Source: Ostreococcus lucimarinus | Lineage: Eukaryota | Direction: 5' to 3' (one strand) | Length of the DNA stretch: 64,000 nt | NCBI GenBank assembly: GCA_000092065.1 | Contig: CP000589.1 | Shown here: in pieces, positions 9,687-18,900 of the stretch | Position numbering within the stretch: the stretch's first letter is position 1 | How the letters are laid out: every line of letters begins with the position of its first letter | The notes under the pieces: generated by a model | Databases searched by the model: none | What the model saw: the letters and a program-made list of their open reading frames with translations, nothing else | Told to the model about the DNA's origin: nothing | Program-made: the position numbers and the translations under genes

Positions 9687-11870
9687 ATGACGACGGCGAG
9701 CGATGCGCCGGGAACGCCGATGCGCGCCGTCGCGGCGTCGACGCCCGTCGACGCCGACGCGACGTCGCCGGGCGTCGTGCGAGAGACGCCGACGAAGACG
9801 ACGCGGGCGCGCGTCGCGTCGGCGCACGACGCGGAGGCGCGAGACGCGCTGGTGTTCGCGACGGAGACGGAGTGCGAGCGGTACGCGGAAGCGACGAACG
9901 GGACGGCGCGCGCGGCGAGCGTGACGTGCGATCCGTTCGTGTCGGGGAAGCTGCGCGAGCATCAACGCGCGGGGGCGAGGTGGATGTATCGAGCGCTGCA
10001 CGGGATCGGAGAAGACGCGGCGAGCGAGGGCGGGACGCGAGGGGTGCTGTTGGCGGATGAGATGGGATTGGGGAAGTCGTTGCAAGTGCTGGCGGTGCTG
10101 TGGACGATGCTGAGGCAAGGACCGTGCGGGAAGCCGACGGCGCGAAGAGCGGTTTTCGTGTGCCCGGCGTCGCTCATCGGAAACTGGGGCGCCGAGTTCA
10201 CGAAGTGGTTGGGAGGCGTGCGCGTGCAGGCGTCGTTGGCGGAAGGGAACGCCGAAGCCGTGGATGCGGCGTGCGATCGATGGTGCGCAGAACCGGCGAA
10301 GGGATCGAAGAGTTCGTTCGATCGGTGGCCGGTGCTCGTGATGTCGTACGAGACGGCGAGGCGCCTGGCGCCGCGCGTGCGGGCGATGAAGCCCGAGCTC
10401 ATGGTGTGCGACGAGGCGCACAGATTGCGCAACGCCATGGGCTCGCAAACCATGACCGCTCTGCGAGAAATCAACGCGCCCATGCGAGTGCTGCTCACGG
10501 GGACGCCGATTCAGAATAATTTGAACGAGTACGCGGCGGTTTTAGACTTTGCGCAACCGGGTATCCTCGGGCCGCTGGAGGATTTTCAGCGCGATTTCAC
10601 GCAACCTATTCAGAGGCAATACGAGCGAGGCGCGAGCAAGGAACAAATCGCACAAGGTCGCAAGGTTGCGGACGAACTCAATCGACGAACGAAAGGGAAG
10701 ATTTTGAGTCGGAAATCTTCGACGAATGCGGCGTACTTGCCAAAAAAGACTGAGCTCGTGGTGCTCTGTCGCTTGACGTCCGCGCAGAGGCAAGCTTATG
10801 AGGCTGGGGCAAAATTAGTGGAGTCGTGGACGAGTAGCGATACGAGTGCGTCCTCTGGCGCGGCGGCGCTTTGTGCGATTGGAATCTTGCGACAGACAGC
10901 GAATGAGGTTGATCAAATCCTCGCGAGTGCCGATTCGCATTCGCAGACTATGACGGATGCGGAAAAGGAGCTCGATGATGAGATGGAGATGGACGCCATC
11001 GCGCGCGCAGGGACGTCCGGAAAGTCAGTGGATGATTTAAAAGCTGCTATGGCCAAAGCTTTGCCTCGAGATTACGCGGGAGGAATCGATGGCTCGGGGA
11101 AATTTACCATTTTGCGGCGCATGCTCGAGGCGCTCAAAGAGCGCGGTGACCCAACAGAGCGCGTCGTTGTCGTCTCCGGTTACTCTGCATCACTCGCGAC
11201 TGCGGAAGATATCTGCAAAAAATTAAACGTAACCACTTCGCGTCTCGATGGCACAGTGGCAGTCGATTTGCGTACATCCATCGTCAAGAATTTCAACTCT
11301 GGTCAAGGCGGTCAAGTCATGCTGCTCTCCGTCGTCGCTGGCGGCGCCGGGTTGAATCTTGTCGGTGCCAATCGGTTGATTCTCATGGACGTATCTTGGA
11401 ATCCTGCGCACGATCGACAAGCGATGGGCCGAATTTGGCGCGATGGTCAGACGAAACCGGTCACAATTTATCGCCTTGTCTCTGCTGGCACTGTAGAGCA
11501 AAAAGTTTTCGAGCGACAGCTCGGCAAAGAAGTGCTAAAGAATACGGTCGAGAGCGGGTACACGGGTTATGAAGGCGATGGATTCACCACGAAAGACTCG
11601 CTCGTGGGTATCGTAAAATTCACAGGTGATGAATTGAGCGAAATCGTCGATTGGGGCCGCCCTTTGGACGTCCACGATGCGTGTCCATTGCTCGGCGCGG
11701 CACGTTCACACGGTGCGGCGTTTCAAGTCATCGACGTCGACGATGGTACCGCCGCCGACGAAGCGCGAGCGAACATTCCGAAAAAGGAACCAATCGAAGT
11801 TCGCGCTAAAAAGTTGGCCCCAAAGCGCACTGCTTTCGAAGATTTATTTTCCGCAAAACGCGCGAGGTAG
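9687..11870 (+). CDS. RAD54: SNF2-family DNA-dependent ATPase, Rad54-like
   Basis: LLADEMGLGKSLQ (motif I), MVCDEAHRLRN (DEAH box), LLTGTPIQNNLNEY, helicase-C LSVVAGGAGLNLVGANRLILMDVSWNPAHDRQAMGRIWRDGQ. The track ORF begins at 8334, but the first 1350 nt are low-complexity antisense of the minus-strand gene. The in-frame ATG at 9687 (MTTASDAPG) is the likely start. Confidence 0.8.
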   Translation: MTTASDAPGTPMRAVAASTPVDADATSPGVVRETPTKTTRARVASAHDAEARDALVFATETECERYAEATNGTARAASVTCDPFVSGKLREHQRAGARWMYRALHGIGEDAASEGGTRGVLLADEMGLGKSLQVLAVLWTMLRQGPCGKPTARRAVFVCPASLIGNWGAEFTKWLGGVRVQASLAEGNAEAVDAACDRWCAEPAKGSKSSFDRWPVLVMSYETARRLAPRVRAMKPELMVCDEAHRLRNAMGSQTMTALREINAPMRVLLTGTPIQNNLNEYAAVLDFAQPGILGPLEDFQRDFTQPIQRQYERGASKEQIAQGRKVADELNRRTKGKILSRKSSTNAAYLPKKTELVVLCRLTSAQRQAYEAGAKLVESWTSSDTSASSGAAALCAIGILRQTANEVDQILASADSHSQTMTDAEKELDDEMEMDAIARAGTSGKSVDDLKAAMAKALPRDYAGGIDGSGKFTILRRMLEALKERGDPTERVVVVSGYSASLATAEDICKKLNVTTSRLDGTVAVDLRTSIVKNFNSGQGGQVMLLSVVAGGAGLNLVGANRLILMDVSWNPAHDRQAMGRIWRDGQTKPVTIYRLVSAGTVEQKVFERQLGKEVLKNTVESGYTGYEGDGFTTKDSLVGIVKFTGDELSEIVDWGRPLDVHDACPLLGAARSHGAAFQVIDVDDGTAADEARANIPKKEPIEVRAKKLAPKRTAFEDLFSAKRAR

Positions 11871-11957
11871 TTGGAATAGATAAACTTAGACTTTTCACCC
11901 GTACTCACGTTCACCGCACTTGCTGACGCGTCGCGTCGCGCGGCGACGCGACGCGAC

Positions 11958-12785
11958 GTGACGTCACGCGCAATGTCCGAAGCCACCGACGCGACTCGTT
12001 CTTCGAGCGGTCTCGCCGCCACGTGCTCGAGAGAACGATCGAGAGCTGCACGAACGGTGCTGAATGAATTCTTTTATCCCGTCGCCGACGGCGCGCGATA
12101 CGCGCTTGATTTGGGCTGCCCGTTTAGCCACGCGCGTGATTTGTTCTACGAGCACGAGACCCACAAGGAACCGGTGCGACATTCCAAGCTTTACTGGCGC
12201 TCGCTGTACAGTGGGAAGGTGTTTAAGAGCGAGTATTACGTCGATAAACACATGGAGCGACGACACGGCGATAAGATTCCATCGACCGCGGACGTGTGTC
12301 TGGCTGATTATTGTGACGTGCTGCAGTGCGATAAGCACGCGGAGTACGTGAAGAATGGGCGTGGGAGCAAACCGACGCGGTGCGATGAAGAACAAATGTC
12401 CCTCGTGCGAGACAAATGTCATGAAATGTTGACGCAATGCTTTCCAAACGAGAACGGGAGTACGCGGGATAACGCGGGAAAGTTGAATGTATATTTCACC
12501 AAGTACTACTGCGATCAAATGACGTGCGCAGACGTCGATGGGGTTTTCGAACTGATGAGCGCTCATCACGATTCGCCGGGAGTCGGCTATTACATCGCTC
12601 TGGCTTTTCTCTTCTTCATCGTCGCCATGTATTACTTAACGGTGTACTCCTGGACCAATGGTCGACGCGTGAGCTCGGATATCAAACGCGCGCGCGTTCG
12701 AGCACGAGCTTCGTGGTCGGATTATCTCCCGCGACCCGTTGCACGGCGCTTCAACCTTGAGCGCCGAAAACGCAAGACGTATTAG
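11958..12785 (+). CDS. hypothetical Cys-rich protein with C-terminal transmembrane anchor
   Basis: Complex composition. One hydrophobic segment YYIALAFLFFIVAMYYLTVY near the C-terminus. No recognised domain. Confidence 0.35.
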   Translation: MTSRAMSEATDATRSSSGLAATCSRERSRAARTVLNEFFYPVADGARYALDLGCPFSHARDLFYEHETHKEPVRHSKLYWRSLYSGKVFKSEYYVDKHMERRHGDKIPSTADVCLADYCDVLQCDKHAEYVKNGRGSKPTRCDEEQMSLVRDKCHEMLTQCFPNENGSTRDNAGKLNVYFTKYYCDQMTCADVDGVFELMSAHHDSPGVGYYIALAFLFFIVAMYYLTVYSWTNGRRVSSDIKRARVRARASWSDYLPRPVARRFNLERRKRKTY

Positions 12786-12880
12786 TTAATAGTAAATCGT
12801 CGTGAAGGACGAGGAGTAGTGGCGCACACAGTCAACGGACGCATGTGTACCAATCGCAGCTTTTGAACGTGTGAACGCGT

Positions 12881-13564
12881 GTGTCATCACATTCTCATCA
12901 ACCCGTCCACGTCTCTCCAGGCTCCTGGTTCACGGCGTGTGCGATAGACGACGCGCTGCGCGAGCTCGAGGACGAGTCGCTGGGGGGAGGCTCGAGGACG
13001 AGTCGCTGGGGGGAGTCGCTGGGGCGAGTCGCTGGGGGGAGGCTGGGGGGTCGCTGGGCGTGCGTGACGGCGTGCGCGGCGTTTCTGGGAGACTTGGAAC
13101 TCGTGCGGTTGGCGCGCGATTGCGGGCACGAGTGGGACGCGTACACGTGCGCGTTTGCCGCCTATAGTGGAAACTTGGAGTGTTTGAAGTATGCGCACGA
13201 GCACGGGTGTCCTTGGAACAAGTCGACGTGCGCATGTACCGCCTATACTGGACATTTGGGGTGTTTGAAGTACGGGAGGATGGTCCACGGCGTCGACGTC
13301 GAGTCCCACGCCTCGACGTCGGGTCCCACTCGCTCCGCGAGCGCTCGAACGCACGCCCTCCGATCGCGCACTGGACTGCCCTTTTCGCAGTGCAGCGCCA
13401 CGCACGCGCATCCTCTGTCGTCAACGTACGCCTCGAGGTGTACGCCATCCATCGATTCGTCTCCCCACGCGGGTTTGCTCACGTGGATATACGCCCCCGG
13501 TGGGGTCAAGAAACGAGTCTCCCACCCTCGCGCGCGGTCCGCGAACGCGTCGCCGAGACGTTGA
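12881..13564 (+). CDS. ankyrin-repeat protein, short (start and end uncertain)
   Basis: Two to three repeats of the algal/giant-virus-type ankyrin signature GxLECLKYAHEHGCPW...TCAxAAYxG. The N-terminus is encoded by a G-rich tandem repeat. Confidence 0.35.
   Translation: MSSHSHQPVHVSPGSWFTACAIDDALRELEDESLGGGSRTSRWGESLGRVAGGRLGGRWACVTACAAFLGDLELVRLARDCGHEWDAYTCAFAAYSGNLECLKYAHEHGCPWNKSTCACTAYTGHLGCLKYGRMVHGVDVESHASTSGPTRSASARTHALRSRTGLPFSQCSATHAHPLSSTYASRCTPSIDSSPHAGLLTWIYAPGGVKKRVSHPRARSANASPRR
12970..13060. repeat. imperfect tandem repeat (GAGTCGCTGGGGGGAG-like units)
   Basis: gagtcgctggggggaggctcgaggacgagtcgctggggggagtcgctggggcgagtcgctgggggg read directly. Confidence 0.6.
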
Positions 13565-13596
13565 AACTCACGATCGAGCGCGGCGCGGTCGGACAT
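13243..13596 (-). CDS. hypothetical protein (uncertain; overlaps the 3' end of the ankyrin ORF)
   Basis: 117-aa ORF with non-repetitive composition (AYIHVSKPAWGDESMDGVHLEAYVDDRGCACVALHCEKG). No domain recognised. Confidence 0.2.
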   Translation of the reverse strand: MSDRAALDREFQRLGDAFADRARGWETRFLTPPGAYIHVSKPAWGDESMDGVHLEAYVDDRGCACVALHCEKGSPVRDRRACVRALAERVGPDVEAWDSTSTPWTILPYFKHPKCPV

Positions 13597-13935
13597 GCCA
13601 GCGGCGCGCGGGGCAGGCGTCGAGTGAGGTGATTAAATGTCAAACAAATCGTAATAAAATAAAGAAGCGCCGCCGCCTCACGGCGCGCGCGGGGGAAGCG
13701 ACCCGAATGGACGCGCGGGCACGGCGCGCAGCGGTCGGTGGTGCTCGAAGCGCGCGGGCGCGCGCGGGGCGCACGCGAAGCGCACACATCGTCCCAGGGC
13801 GACGCACACGGCACACATGACGTCGGCGGGGGGCTCACGACGCGACGCGGTGTGACCCGACGACACGGGGGGGGCACACGCAGGTTGAGAATCGTGACGA
13901 CATGATGACGACATTGTGCCGGTTCATGTCGTCGT

Positions 13936-14151
13936 TTGGTTGTACCGAGTGAAGGGATTGGTCCGTCCAGAACGCGACGCGGCGCGCGACGGGGATCGCG
14001 TCGACGGACGACGATGGCTCTCGTCGGGACGCGATGCCCCGAATTCCACGTGATCCAGCTCGCGGCGGACGGCACGCGGATGGAACGGGTCAGTCTCACC
14101 GAAGCCGTCCGAGGGGGGCCCGCTGTGATTCACTTTTACAACTCTGGGTGA
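13936..14151 (+). CDS. thioredoxin-fold (TlpA/nucleoredoxin-like) N-terminal fragment that stops at TGA inside a CxxC-like motif; possible selenoprotein or pseudogene
   Basis: CPEFHVIQLAADGTRMERVSLTEAVRGGPAVIHFYNSG-TGA-GGC. This matches the thioredoxin-fold pattern xPxFxLxDxxGxxVSLxxxxGKxVVLNFWASWCGPC, with TGA at the first Cys position. Confidence 0.25.
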   Translation: MVVPSEGIGPSRTRRGARRGSRRRTTMALVGTRCPEFHVIQLAADGTRMERVSLTEAVRGGPAVIHFYNSG

Positions 14152-14297
14152 GGAGGATGCCGCAGGACGACTCTCACGTCGACGTAGTCCCCTAAACGTT
14201 TCAACACGTTGTAATTCATTCGAGGTTTTGGTATTCTTCTATGGCGATAAGTAATACAATCAAATCAATGCGTAACTGCTAACTGCCGCGGCGGCGT

Positions 14298-14816
14298 CTA
14301 TTCCGTCCAGCGGACGTGTTGACGGTGTGGTCTCGAGCCATCCTGAATCAGTTCAATCTTCCGAATGAAGACTTGCTCTGTGTAGCAGCACGAGCACGAG
14401 TGCGTGAGCAAGTGCGTGCATCCGTGTCTCGCGACGAGATCCGCGATGTCCGCGAGCGTGGAGCGCTCGATGCTACTGCACGCCCAGTTCACACGCGCGG
14501 GACACGTGGACTCTGGGTCGTCCAACGTGTCGACGACTTGGAGAATCTTATTTTGGAATTGTCGCACGGCGTAATCGGTTCTATTCCACGTCACTCGGTG
14601 TTCGTCAAAGTAAATTTTAACGACTTTCGCGTCGGACACGTCGAGCGGATCCGATTTCCCACTCAACGCTTCGACGACATCCTTGTAATCCTTGTCCTTG
14701 AAGCGATGCTTCTCGTGCAGATCATCGACGAGGGCGAGCACGCGGTGCCGATCAACGTTCGGGCACACCATGTCCGCGGCTTCGCGGCGGCACGCAATGG
14801 CGCGCGCGTCGCGCAC
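14298..14816 (-). CDS. hypothetical protein (conserved-looking, 172 aa)
   Basis: Complex, non-repetitive ORF. Convergent with the upstream plus-strand ORF across an AT-rich 3' region that contains TGTAA. Confidence 0.35.
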   Translation of the reverse strand: MRDARAIACRREAADMVCPNVDRHRVLALVDDLHEKHRFKDKDYKDVVEALSGKSDPLDVSDAKVVKIYFDEHRVTWNRTDYAVRQFQNKILQVVDTLDDPESTCPARVNWACSSIERSTLADIADLVARHGCTHLLTHSCSCCYTEQVFIRKIELIQDGSRPHRQHVRWTE

Positions 14817-14995
14817 GGTGACCGCGTGGGTCCCGTCGCGTCGACCGGTCGCGTCTTGTATGGGAAAATGGCGGGTCCGCTTTAGTGGTATTTGGATCCG
14901 TTATAGTGCTATCTTGGGTCCGCCCTCAGTGGTCGTCCGGAAAAAAAGGAGACTATGTCGACACATCTGGACGCGACGGCACGACGACGAAGACG

Positions 14996-15808
14996 ATGAC
15001 GCGAGCGGCGACGGAAGCGACGACGGAAGCGACGACGACGCCGGACGACTGCGAGGCGAAGAAAGTCGTCGCGGATGCTGCGGAGGTGGATACGAAAATG
15101 GACGCCGAGGCGAACGCGTACGACGACGATGCGCGCGGTGCGGGTGGGAAGATGAGAAAGGACGGTGCCGCGCGCGCCCGAACGGGCGCTCGGATGACGC
15201 CGTACGCGCGACAGCGGCCGGTGATGACGTCTCGGGTGGGAAATCCCGCGGTAAACGCGGACACAAAAGTGTACGTCGGCAATCTTCCGTACGGGTGCTC
15301 GTGGCAGGACTTGAAGGATCACTTCTCGAACGCCATGGGCGGCGAGAGCGTGCGATTCGCCGATATTCTGACTTCGCGCGATGGACGATCGAAAGGATGC
15401 GGCATCGTGACGTTCAATTCGAGCGAAGACGCGAAGAAAGCTATAGAAACGATGCATGACACGGAGATTGGTGAACGAAAAATCTTCGTTCGGGAGGATC
15501 GTGAAGGAGAAAGAGGAAACGACCTTCGAAATCGGATCGGCCCCTCGGCGACGTCCCCGGACGCGTCAGTCTACGTCGGGAACCTTCCTTGGAGCACTCG
15601 ATGGCAGGAGTTGAAAGATATTTTCCGCAAAGTCGGCAATGTCGCGCACGCTGACGTGACGATGGGCTTTGACGGACGATCCAGAGGTTGGGGCGTGGTG
15701 ACGTTTATGGACCCCCAGTGCGCCCAAGTCGCCATCGAAAGGTTGAACGGTACAATGTTGAACGATCGTGCTCTCATCGTCCGCAGGGATGAACGAGCTC
15801 GAAGCTAA
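14996..15808 (+). CDS. RNA-binding protein with two RRMs (hnRNP M / GBP2-like)
   Basis: KVYVGNLPYGCSWQDLKDHF...GRSKGCGIVTF...IFVRED and SVYVGNLPWSTRWQELKDIF...GRSRGWGVVTF...LIVRRDE (RNP2/RNP1 motifs). Track ORF starts at 14885; ATG at 14996 preferred. Confidence 0.7.
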   Translation: MTRAATEATTEATTTPDDCEAKKVVADAAEVDTKMDAEANAYDDDARGAGGKMRKDGAARARTGARMTPYARQRPVMTSRVGNPAVNADTKVYVGNLPYGCSWQDLKDHFSNAMGGESVRFADILTSRDGRSKGCGIVTFNSSEDAKKAIETMHDTEIGERKIFVREDREGERGNDLRNRIGPSATSPDASVYVGNLPWSTRWQELKDIFRKVGNVAHADVTMGFDGRSRGWGVVTFMDPQCAQVAIERLNGTMLNDRALIVRRDERARS

Positions 15809-15925
15809 AAATGTAAGCATCAATAGTAAAGCCTGTAAGGCTAGTAAGTCTTTAAGAGAAGTGTACCGCACTACCACTCTTACCGCACTCTCTCTCTTGG
15901 CCAGGCTTCACATCACGTCGCGCAA

Positions 15926-18900
15926 TTGTCCCGCGTCGCGCGCGCGTGCGCGCGCGCGATGGAGTCACGAAGCGACAACGACGACATCGATGCCTTTGTC
16001 GATCGTTTCGAGCGCTCGTTGTGTCTAATAAACGACGACATCGACGGCGCGTACGAAGAAGCAACGACGTCAAAGTTGCTTTCGGAGACGCAACGAACGA
16101 TTGAGTCTTGCGGATGGACTCCGCGTTCTATGCGCCTCGACGATGGCGACGGGTGGCGAACCATGACGACCGATGCGTTTGATCGCGCACTCGCGGCTCT
16201 TTTACGCGCGCGCGCGCGGACGAAGAGCGAGTCGACGTTGAGATTGTGGTGGTTATCTGTGCTTGAAATTACGAGCGCGAGAGGAGTGAAGAGTGCGAAT
16301 GATAGTTCTAAGAAAAGTGACGCGTTGGAAGAATTGTGTAGAACGCTCGTGGATGATGTCGCGAGATTAGCGGCTTCGAAACAAGCGCCGGATCGAGAGC
16401 GATGGGGAGAAATTATGGAAGAGCTCGCGCTGACGACCCCTGACGTGGCGACGCGAGAAGAGACGCTTGCGTTGGCGATGCGCGCGTTATACGCGATTGC
16501 GCCTGATGTGGTGCTAAACTGTGCGAGAGAAGCGCTGAAATCTAGACAATCTCAGGCTACTCGCGAAGCGGTGTATTGGTTGCTTTTTGCTTTGAGCGCG
16601 GTGGATCCCGTCGCGGATGACGCATGCACGCAGTTGCTGCGATTAGTGGTGGAGTTTTCTCCAATGAAATGGGCACCTTCGTACAGAAAGAGTGATTTCA
16701 GGCACTCTCTGTCGACAACATTAACGGTGGTGACCACTCGATATCTCTCGCGTGGTAGACCGTCGCCAGGAAGTGTGGACGTGGCCGTTGTGAACAAGGT
16801 ACTCGCTGAAGTCGTGAAGTGGTCGAACGAAAATGAGAAAAAGCACAACACAGCGGGATTACCTCTTCGTGCAATTCTTATAGGATTGGGATTGACACAA
16901 GAAGTAATCTCAGCTGATGCGATACCGATATGGCGACTCCTCCTCGAGAGTAGGGTCAAGGCTGGCATTGAGCAAAAAATGAAGATTTCGAGTTTGCTCG
17001 CGGCGATTCGAGGCGTCGTCATGGGCATCTCAGACCAGCATATCACTGTCATGGAATGCGCAAAGCAGAGTTTGAGTGCGTGTATTTCAGCGATCAAATA
17101 TGGCAGCGGCTCGGAGGATATCGAGCGTCCGCTTGCTCTAGCTAATTGTGTCATGGCAATTCACGGCGTCAATCCGGTGGAGGGCTCAAACGTTCTCAAA
17201 ATGTTCCTTGACGAAACGGACGAGTCTATACGTGCTGCTTCCTGTATCTCGTGCGCCAAAATGACTCAAGAAATGAGCGCCGACGAAGTACGCTCAAGTT
17301 CTTTTCTTTGCGAGTACGTTGACGGAGTGTTGCCAAAATACCTGACCGGCTTGTCGGCTTCGGCTTCAGCTGCGACGATAGCGGGGGCACTGCAGTGCTC
17401 GAAGTTCACCAGCCCAAAATATATTGCGCCGTCATCGGTGGAATTCGCGTGCTCTTGGGTTAAAAGTGACTCTGTCGCGGTTCGTAATGCCGTAGAAGAA
17501 TATTTGCTGCACGTCATAAGGTCCAATGTCAGCCTGCGCAACGCAACGCTTCAGGCGGTTGCGTCGGCTGTGTTGAACATGAGAGACTTTGCGCCCGCTG
17601 CTCGGTTATCGGCGATCAACGTTCTCGTGGGTGTTTGCAAAATTTGGCAAGATTGTTTACAAAACGGCGCAAATAGTAAATGTGAGTGTAGCGACGAGCG
17701 CGCAGAGGCGGCAGCTCTTCTACTGGTTTGCGATGCAGACTTTTCAGTGCGCACTGGCGCTGTTCAAGCACTGCGAGAAATTTCCAACCTGCGCGAACGC
17801 GTAGACTCGATGAATGGAGACAATGCCACGTCGCGTGCGGCCCTCTATCCAGTACTACAAAAGTATTTAAACATCACTGATATTCCGACTCTCATCAGGG
17901 AAATCAGCCGAACGACAGCGCTTGAGTGTGCCGCCGTCCATACGACAACGCACGCGCAAGCGTATCAACGAATTCAAGCGATGATGGTCGCCGAGGGAGA
18001 CGGCAAACTCTTGGTCGTCCCAGTCAAGCCGTCCGAGTATAGGTACAACTTATGGCAAAACTATATGCTGTTCGTTTGTTCCACCGATGGCGCGGCTGGC
18101 GGCGGCGGCGGGCTTGATGCACGACAAGTCGTCACGATCGGCCAACGGGGTTCTCTTGCGGGATTGTTGCAAACTGTGATTCCGCGATTGGGTCAATCCA
18201 ATGTTGAAGTCGACGCTATCATGCGACTTTTCCAGCTCGTGCCTGCACAATCAAAAGCGACAATTTTGAGTGCACTGCTTCCGTTACAAAGCGGATTGAT
18301 GAGATACACGCTCATGAGGCGAAAGCGTCGAGAAGACTTGAACATGGTCATCCGCTTCGGGGAACTGTACCAAGACTACGCGTTGCATGGTGTCTTCGCG
18401 TCCACCGCTGATGCGACAAAGAATTTAAATGCAGCTATCGATTTCGTGTTGATGGTTTGTTCCTACTTGAAAACGAATGCAAAAGCAGAGTGTTCGCCTA
18501 CTGAGATAATTCAGCTCAGGTTTTCGGCAGCCGCAATTATCGGTGCAGTGCTCACAGATGCGGAGAAGGTGCGGGCACTACCCGTGGTGACGCATGCTGA
18601 ATTATGGGACAACTTTTACGCGTGGCAAGAGTCGCCAAATCCGAAGGCATTGGATGAGAGTGGCGATTCAACTTCACGTATGCATGTGCAAACGCTCATC
18701 GATGACCTCGCACGCGATCACACGCGAAAACCCACCGAGAGAGACGTTGGTTTTGCATCAAGGGAAGCGCTGGCGGCGCTGAGTCTCAGCGAGCACTTTA
18801 CGCGAGAATCGGCGAAGAAGATTTTCGATTGGGTGAACCGTCTCGCTGAGCTTGGTGACAGTAAGAGTCTAGAACTCTCCAAAAGAGTAGTCGTTGAAAT

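Noticed and set aside
9014-10498. Large overlapping ORFs of 340 to 370 aa on both strands within the Rad54 gene region (9014..10060 +, 9348..10448 -, 9962..10498 -)
   Set aside because: Arg/Ala-rich translations of alternative frames of a GC3-biased coding region. No motifs. They conflict with a confidently identified gene.
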